Assembly (NCBI GenBank): GCA_000995185.1
Contig: LCET01000004.1
Span: forward strand, 2,630 to 66,629
Reading direction: 5' to 3'
DNA: 64,000 nucleotides
From: Candidatus Woesebacteria bacterium GW2011_GWC1_42_9
GTDB lineage: Bacteria > Patescibacteriota > Microgenomatia > UBA8517
The notes beneath the pieces were generated by a model, which was not told the DNA's origin, searched no databases, and saw only the letters and a list, made by a program, of their open reading frames with translations. Of the stretch, positions 58,667 to 64,000 are shown one piece after another. Within the stretch, counting starts at the first letter, position 1, and every line of letters starts with the position of its first letter. The translations under genes and the position numbers were made by a program.

Positions 58667-59760
58667 GCAGACACGAAAGATTAACCCAAATATATTCGAC
58701 ATGGGGAGACAAACTCCTCCAACACACCGATGTTCTAAACTCGATTCAAGAGAAAAGACAATTCCAGCCAATTACAATTCAGTTAGCGCCTGTCGAAGCT
58801 TGCGAGAGCGACTGTCCGTTTTGTTCAGTTGCAGCAAGACCAATCAAAAGTTATTTACCTTTTGATCAATTAAGCAAATGTTTGCAAGATTTTAGATCAC
58901 TAGGGGCAAAAAGCCTCGAGATTACTGGCGGTGGCAATCCACTTTTATATCGAGATCGAGAAAACGGAAAAAACATTAATGATGTTGTCCAACTAGCGGC
59001 TAAATTGGGCTTAGATATCGGCATAATCACCAACGGCCACGATTTAAAGGTTCTCAATCCAGGGTTATACGATCAAATCAACTGGATTAGAATTAGTCTC
59101 ATCAAGCTTGACGAAGGAGTAGCCCCAGAAGCTTATGACTTTCACGGCTTTCCTGAGTCCAAACTAGGTTTTAGTTATATAATTTATGAAACGGGCGGTG
59201 TTCCCGATCCCCTTTCCAAAACTGGACGAACATATACAGGTACCACTGCAGAAACAATCCAAAAGATGGCAAGTTTAGTTGAAATGCATCCCGATGTAAA
59301 ATTTGTGAGAATCGCCGGCAACTGCTTAATCAAGGGCAATAACGCAGTTATTCGAGATAAATATAAAGATGTCATTGATGCTGTTGATGAACACGGTAAG
59401 TTCTTCATTAAAGATATTGGCGACAATGATTCTCCGTTCAATGATGGCTGCTATATTGGTATGATCAGGCCTTATGTCGCCCCCTCTCCGACGGGTGACG
59501 GTTACATGGTTTATACCTGCACCAGTCATGTTCTTAATACCCGAACCTATGATCCGGCTTATGCGTTATGTAAAATTGAAGATATAATACCTGCTTGGCA
59601 AAGAATGAATGAAAAATTTGCCACCGATGGCCATCCATATGAGGTAAAAGGCAATGGCGGACATAATTGGTGCCATTCATGCAAATTTTGTTATTACCAC
59701 AATAATAACCAATTATTACACTCTGTGTCTAACGAGATGCCAGACAAGAACTTTCCGTGA
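58663..59760 (+). CDS. Radical SAM enzyme with C-terminal Cys cluster
   Basis: CESDCPFC (CxxxCxxC), GGGNPLL SAM motif, C-terminal CHSCKFC. Confidence 0.7.
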   Translation: MSRHERLTQIYSTWGDKLLQHTDVLNSIQEKRQFQPITIQLAPVEACESDCPFCSVAARPIKSYLPFDQLSKCLQDFRSLGAKSLEITGGGNPLLYRDRENGKNINDVVQLAAKLGLDIGIITNGHDLKVLNPGLYDQINWIRISLIKLDEGVAPEAYDFHGFPESKLGFSYIIYETGGVPDPLSKTGRTYTGTTAETIQKMASLVEMHPDVKFVRIAGNCLIKGNNAVIRDKYKDVIDAVDEHGKFFIKDIGDNDSPFNDGCYIGMIRPYVAPSPTGDGYMVYTCTSHVLNTRTYDPAYALCKIEDIIPAWQRMNEKFATDGHPYEVKGNGGHNWCHSCKFCYYHNNNQLLHSVSNEMPDKNFP

Positions 59761-59775
59761 AAGAAAAAACTTTCC

Positions 59776-60387
59776 ATGAAATACGGCAAAGACTATTTTA
59801 AGAATCTAAATTACACCGACTACCTAGAAAGGCGCGATAAGTATCTCAATCACGCCAAAGAACTTCATGAATTTCTAGGTAGATTAGGACTTATCTCTGA
59901 AAAAAGTTCAATAATGGATTATGGTTGTGCAGTTGGCTTTTTAATGGAGGGGTTTAAGGAGCTTGGGTATCAGAATGTATATGGATACGATATCTCTAAA
60001 TGGGCTGTTGCCCAGGCTAAAGCTAAGGGTTTAAAGATTCTTAATCATATTGATCACCAGTCCTTTGGTGTTATTATTTGTCTTGATGTTTTTGAACACA
60101 TGACTGATCGTGAAATCCATAAGGTTTTTAATCAATATGAATCCAATGTTATGATAGTTAGAATTCCTTGCTCTAGCGATGGGAAACGGTTTATGCTTAA
60201 TATCTCAAACAATGACCCAACCCATAGCAATCTCAAAACTAAGAATGGTTGGCTTAAGTTGTTAAAAAAATTGGGATACACAACCATCCTGCCGTTAAAT
60301 TTACTTACAATTTACGATACTCCCGGAGTGATGTGTGCGCTGGGTTTAAAACCTAAAGCATACTTGAATCACAAATCATCTCTTTGA
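59776..60387 (+). CDS. Class I SAM-dependent methyltransferase
   Basis: IMDYGCAVGF motif I; VIICLDVFEHM. Confidence 0.65.
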   Translation: MKYGKDYFKNLNYTDYLERRDKYLNHAKELHEFLGRLGLISEKSSIMDYGCAVGFLMEGFKELGYQNVYGYDISKWAVAQAKAKGLKILNHIDHQSFGVIICLDVFEHMTDREIHKVFNQYESNVMIVRIPCSSDGKRFMLNISNNDPTHSNLKTKNGWLKLLKKLGYTTILPLNLLTIYDTPGVMCALGLKPKAYLNHKSSL

Positions 60388-60391
60388 AAAT

Positions 60392-62257
60392 ATGATTAGC
60401 GTCATAATCCCAAGCAGAAACAGACCAAATGAATTGCTTATCTCTCTTACGAGTCTAGGACTAGCAAAACATGGCCTGGAAGCCCTTGTTTGGCTCGATG
60501 ATGATGACCCGCAGCTTGATAAATATAAAGAATTTTTTGGATCAGATCCAAATGTCAGACTGTTTATCAAAGAACGGGTTGGCTACAAAAATACTTATGT
60601 GATGCTAAATTTCCTTTGCACTGAAGCCAAATATGATTGGATCCTCCAATTTAATGATGACGCTTACATGGAGTACCCCCACTGGTTTGAAATATTCAAA
60701 GACTTTGTCAGAGAATTTGAGCCCACTAACCAACCAATTGTCATTAACCTTTGGGGGCAGGGGGAAACAATTCTTAATCTTTTCCCACTTGTCAGCAGGA
60801 AATTTATTGACCTGCTTGGCTACTACACCATGTACCCTGTTTGCGATGATTGGATCCGCATGGTCGGCATTAGCGCAAATATTTCATACGACCTAAAAGG
60901 AATAAAACCAAAGCACCGGAAATACGGAGGAGAAGACCAATTAACCGATAAAACTTTTGAAGAAGTTCAAAATGACCGGGGGATGATGAAAAGGACCTAT
61001 GACCACAGGCGCACCCCGTATAGACAGCAGTTGCGGCAGGAAATTTCCAAAATCGTCGATTACAACATGTCCACCGAATCTTGCAGACTTTCCGAAAGAA
61101 TAAAAACTGTCGGCTTTATCGGACTTGGAAAATTAGGTCTGCCGATCGCGGAGGCAATCGCAAAGCGGGGCTTTAACGTCCTTGGGTATGACATTAAAAA
61201 AGTTAAAACCACTCTTCCGCTTGCAAAATCTATTAATGAACTGGTTAAAAAAAGCGACCTTGTCTTTTGTGCAGTACAAACTCCCCACAATCCTCTGTTT
61301 GAAGGCGATAAGCCCCTTCCCAAAAGACGAGCAGATTTCGATTATTCATATCTCGTTAAGGCTGTAAAGGCGGTGGCCGCGGTTAACAAAAGAACAAATT
61401 TAACTGTAATTTCGACTTGCCTGCCGGGTACTTATAATCGCGTTATCAAGCCGCTTTTAAGCGATAAGATTAATTATCTCTATAACCCATTTTTTATCGC
61501 CATGGGCAGAGAGGTAGAAGATTACATGAACCCGGAATTTGTGTTAATCGGCGGGGACGATACCGCGATATTAAAACACTTTTATACCAAGCTTCATGGA
61601 CGCGATAGAGCCTTTGTCACCGACATAACCACAGCAGAAGGGATCAAAGTTTTCTATAACACCTTTGTCACTGCAAAAATAGTTTTGGGAAATATGTACG
61701 GAGAGTTTGCCCATAGGCTAGGGATGAACGTCGATGACATCCATAGTGCCTTAACTAAAGCTACCTTCCGTCTCATTAGCCCTATGTACCTAAAGTCAGG
61801 CGTTGGAGACGGCGGCGGATGTCACCCCCGCGACAATATCGCCCTAAGTTTTCTGGCAAAAAAGATTAATTTAAGCTCTAATTTGTTTGACACGCTTATG
61901 ACCGCACGAGAAAATCACATGGGATGGTTGGGAACCATTTTCAAGGAAGAAATGAAATCATCGGGACTTCCGGGAATAATATTAGGTAAATCTTTTAAAC
62001 CGGAAACTAGCTTGCAAACAGGAAGCCCTGCCATACTCCTGGCAAACATTTTAAAGCGAAAACGCGTAGCTTTTAAACACTATGAATTTGATTATCCAAA
62101 AAAGTTACCGGTTGCAGTCTATCTTCTGGCAACCCAACACCCCCAATACCGAGAGTTAGGGTATCCAAAGGGCAGTATTGTTATTGATCCCTTCAGGTAT
62201 ATCAACAAAATAAACGGTGTAAAAATTATCGCAATTGGTAAAAAATATGAAATTTAG
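60392..62257 (+). CDS. Fusion: N-terminal GT-A-like domain + C-terminal nucleotide-sugar dehydrogenase (UDP-glucose/GDP-mannose DH family)
   Basis: N-term MISVIIPSRNRPNEL; C-term VGFIGLGKLGLPIA Rossmann and GDGGGCHPRDN catalytic-Cys motif. Confidence 0.65.
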   Translation: MISVIIPSRNRPNELLISLTSLGLAKHGLEALVWLDDDDPQLDKYKEFFGSDPNVRLFIKERVGYKNTYVMLNFLCTEAKYDWILQFNDDAYMEYPHWFEIFKDFVREFEPTNQPIVINLWGQGETILNLFPLVSRKFIDLLGYYTMYPVCDDWIRMVGISANISYDLKGIKPKHRKYGGEDQLTDKTFEEVQNDRGMMKRTYDHRRTPYRQQLRQEISKIVDYNMSTESCRLSERIKTVGFIGLGKLGLPIAEAIAKRGFNVLGYDIKKVKTTLPLAKSINELVKKSDLVFCAVQTPHNPLFEGDKPLPKRRADFDYSYLVKAVKAVAAVNKRTNLTVISTCLPGTYNRVIKPLLSDKINYLYNPFFIAMGREVEDYMNPEFVLIGGDDTAILKHFYTKLHGRDRAFVTDITTAEGIKVFYNTFVTAKIVLGNMYGEFAHRLGMNVDDIHSALTKATFRLISPMYLKSGVGDGGGCHPRDNIALSFLAKKINLSSNLFDTLMTARENHMGWLGTIFKEEMKSSGLPGIILGKSFKPETSLQTGSPAILLANILKRKRVAFKHYEFDYPKKLPVAVYLLATQHPQYRELGYPKGSIVIDPFRYINKINGVKIIAIGKKYEI

Positions 62258-62358
62258 TCCCGGCTATGGCAGTCATTTGCCAGTCTTAGTAAAAGACAAA
62301 AACCATACACATCGTTACCAAGAAATTTTATAGATCCTCTCTATGTTCTATCGCAAAT

Positions 62359-63078
62359 ATGAATGATTTAACCATACTTTATTACACTGCCAACACTATC
62401 CCTGACATTCCTGGGCAGAGAATAAGAGACTACCTTCAAAAAATCATTCAAAATAAATATCCGATAATTAGTGTTTCCCAAAAACCTATCAATTTAGGGA
62501 AAAATATTTGCGTGGGTCAAATCGGCAGATCGAAATACAATGAGTATAAACAAATATTGATTGGTGCCAGAGAAGCTAAAACAAAATATATAGCAACTGC
62601 TGAAGATGACACACTCTATTCGGCAGATCACTTTACCTTCCGACCAGCAGATGACTATTTTTATTATGAAACAAATATGTGGCTAGCTCGCGAAGAATAC
62701 TTCTGGCGGATGGAAAATGTAAATGCCCGTTTTGGTATGTGGGGGTGTATGGCAAGGAAAGATATTCTAGTGAAAAACCTAACCCAAAGATATTCACTAT
62801 TTCCCACTGATCCGTTACCAAAAAGTGATAAAAATAATTCTAAATATCGTAGTCTGAGGTGGGGTGAACCAGGTACACACGATGAACAATTCGGTATGGA
62901 AAATAAACGAAAATTGTTTACATCCAAAGAGCCAACCATAACCTTTATATACAAACAATCAATGGGCGGAAGGCACTTTCTGGGGCGCTATGGTAATAGC
63001 AATCCTGAAAATACAGCAAAAAAAATAAAGAAACACGGAGAATCCAAAAAATTATGGAAAACTTATTGGATAGACTAA
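62359..63078 (+). CDS. GT-A-like family paralog C (shorter)
   Basis: KYIATAEDDTLYSADHF aligns with TDDHCMFAPGFD of paralogs A/B. Confidence 0.4.
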   Translation: MNDLTILYYTANTIPDIPGQRIRDYLQKIIQNKYPIISVSQKPINLGKNICVGQIGRSKYNEYKQILIGAREAKTKYIATAEDDTLYSADHFTFRPADDYFYYETNMWLAREEYFWRMENVNARFGMWGCMARKDILVKNLTQRYSLFPTDPLPKSDKNNSKYRSLRWGEPGTHDEQFGMENKRKLFTSKEPTITFIYKQSMGGRHFLGRYGNSNPENTAKKIKKHGESKKLWKTYWID

Positions 63079-63116
63079 TTAATCCAAATAAATCATAATC
63101 AAGTATTAAAATACTC

Positions 63117-63749
63117 ATGAATTCAGCACTACAATACATCAAAAATAAATATAATCTCGACTATAATATAGAATCTCCCATCACTCTAGCTCCGTTTCAT
63201 CGTTACCACCAGTTAGTTGATTTATTTAGAGAACTTGAATTCATCAAAGGAGCAGAGATAGGCACTGCAAGAGCAGTATATGCAGAAATCCTTTGTAAAG
63301 GGATACCTGATCTAAAACTATACTGCGTCGATCCATGGCTAGCTTATGATGAATACGACGAAAGATGGGCACAAGAACAGATAGAAATGGATAGGATATT
63401 TGAAGAAGCAAAAAACAAACTGTCAAATTATAATTGCGAAATCATCAAAAAGACTAGCATGGAAGCGTCCAAAGACTTCAAACCCAACAGCTTAGATTTT
63501 GTTTTCATAGATGGAAACCACGATTTCGAATATGTAGTCAACGACATAATTGCTTGGATGAAAATTGTAAAACCAGGTGGAATAATATCGGGTCATGATT
63601 TCACCACAAATGTAGTCAAGGGAACACACTTTCAAATTCCCTACGCTGTGCGAGCATATGCACAGGCCTACGACATACATCCCTGGTTTGTATTGCATCA
63701 CAGTGGCACCGTTGATTGTTGGATGTGGGTAAAACCAGACAAAACTTGA
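63117..63749 (+). CDS. TylF/MycF-like class I SAM-dependent O-methyltransferase, paralog 2
   Basis: GAEIGTARAVYA; FVFIDGNHDF; GGIISGHDF. Confidence 0.65.
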   Translation: MNSALQYIKNKYNLDYNIESPITLAPFHRYHQLVDLFRELEFIKGAEIGTARAVYAEILCKGIPDLKLYCVDPWLAYDEYDERWAQEQIEMDRIFEEAKNKLSNYNCEIIKKTSMEASKDFKPNSLDFVFIDGNHDFEYVVNDIIAWMKIVKPGGIISGHDFTTNVVKGTHFQIPYAVRAYAQAYDIHPWFVLHHSGTVDCWMWVKPDKT

Positions 63750-63780
63750 CAATAGAAATTAAATATTTCAAGATGTTTAC

Positions 63781-64000
63781 ATGAGAAGCATAAAGCTTCA
63801 AATATCTTTTACTATACTTCTCTCTTTGATTTTTCTTTTATCCACTCCCACTGAAGCTTCTGCAGTAATTCAAAACCTAAACGGTGCAACTGGACAAACT
63901 CAAACTTTCCAAAACGATTCAAATGTAACTATAAATTCAAACAACGACGTCCACTCCTTGGGTTGGACAGGATTCCTACCTGCCTCCAGAGGTGGAACAG
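63781..64000 (+). CDS. Secreted protein, N-terminal part (runs off window end)
   Basis: MRSIKLQISFTILLSLIFLLSTPTEASA signal peptide; no stop before 64000. Confidence 0.45.
   Translation, partial: MRSIKLQISFTILLSLIFLLSTPTEASAVIQNLNGATGQTQTFQNDSNVTINSNNDVHSLGWTGFLPASRGGT

Overview
This window looks like it comes from a small-genome, low-GC bacterium (Patescibacteria/CPR-like in flavour, which is an inference). About 90 features are listed.

**Left end.** There is an rRNA locus on the minus strand: the 23S 5' end at ~1-210 and the 16S at ~4029-5519. The two are separated by a 3.7 kb insert. The insert holds tRNA-Ala(UGC), an opposite-strand tRNA-Ile(GAU) followed by two extra direct copies of its 3' end, a VirD4/TraG-like ATPase gene and a small secreted protein.

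**Middle (6-33 kb).** Mostly minus-strand housekeeping genes: asnB, a DedA-family membrane protein, a trxA/trxB/DsbA-like thiol-redox operon, pth, an Ogt-like methyltransferase, an ATP-dependent DNA ligase, a Fic-family protein, an Nnr dehydratase, recF, fpg, a GT4 glycosyltransferase, a 5'-3' exonuclease, ftsH and trpS. It also holds a YdjC deacetylase + GT2 + polytopic-membrane-protein glycosylation module and several tRNAs (Glu, Lys, Gln, two CAU tRNAs).

**33-37 kb.** A Xer-like tyrosine recombinase gene ends 7 nt from a tRNA whose anticodon reads UAU. Next to it sit a second, paralogous VirD4/TraG-like gene and a PduO-type cobalamin adenosyltransferase with a highly structured leader.

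**37.5-44.5 kb.** An accessory-looking patch: a GC-rich island encoding secreted Cys-rich/beta-helix proteins with an apparent frameshift, gene fragments (a radical-SAM N-terminus and a CrtC-like piece), a NUDIX hydrolase, a degenerate Fic paralog and orphan hypotheticals.

**44.5-63.8 kb.** A single plus-strand glycan biosynthesis locus. It contains nucleotide-heptose-like precursor genes (SIS isomerase, transaldolase, GHMP kinase, HAD phosphatase, nucleotidyltransferase). It also contains two nucleotide-sugar dehydrogenases (one with the catalytic Cys replaced, one fused to a GT-A-like domain), a Gfo/Idh/MocA oxidoreductase and an SDR epimerase/dehydratase. Tailoring genes include three paralogous GT-A-like genes, four TylF-like plus two other SAM methyltransferases, and a radical SAM enzyme.

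**Recurring motif.** A 'terminator hairpin - T-run - GGTATAATT' promoter module recurs six times.

The most unusual items are the mobile-element-like disruption of the rRNA operon with tRNA-end direct repeats, the two chromosomal coupling-protein paralogs, the UAU tRNA and the heavily tailored heptose-like glycan locus.
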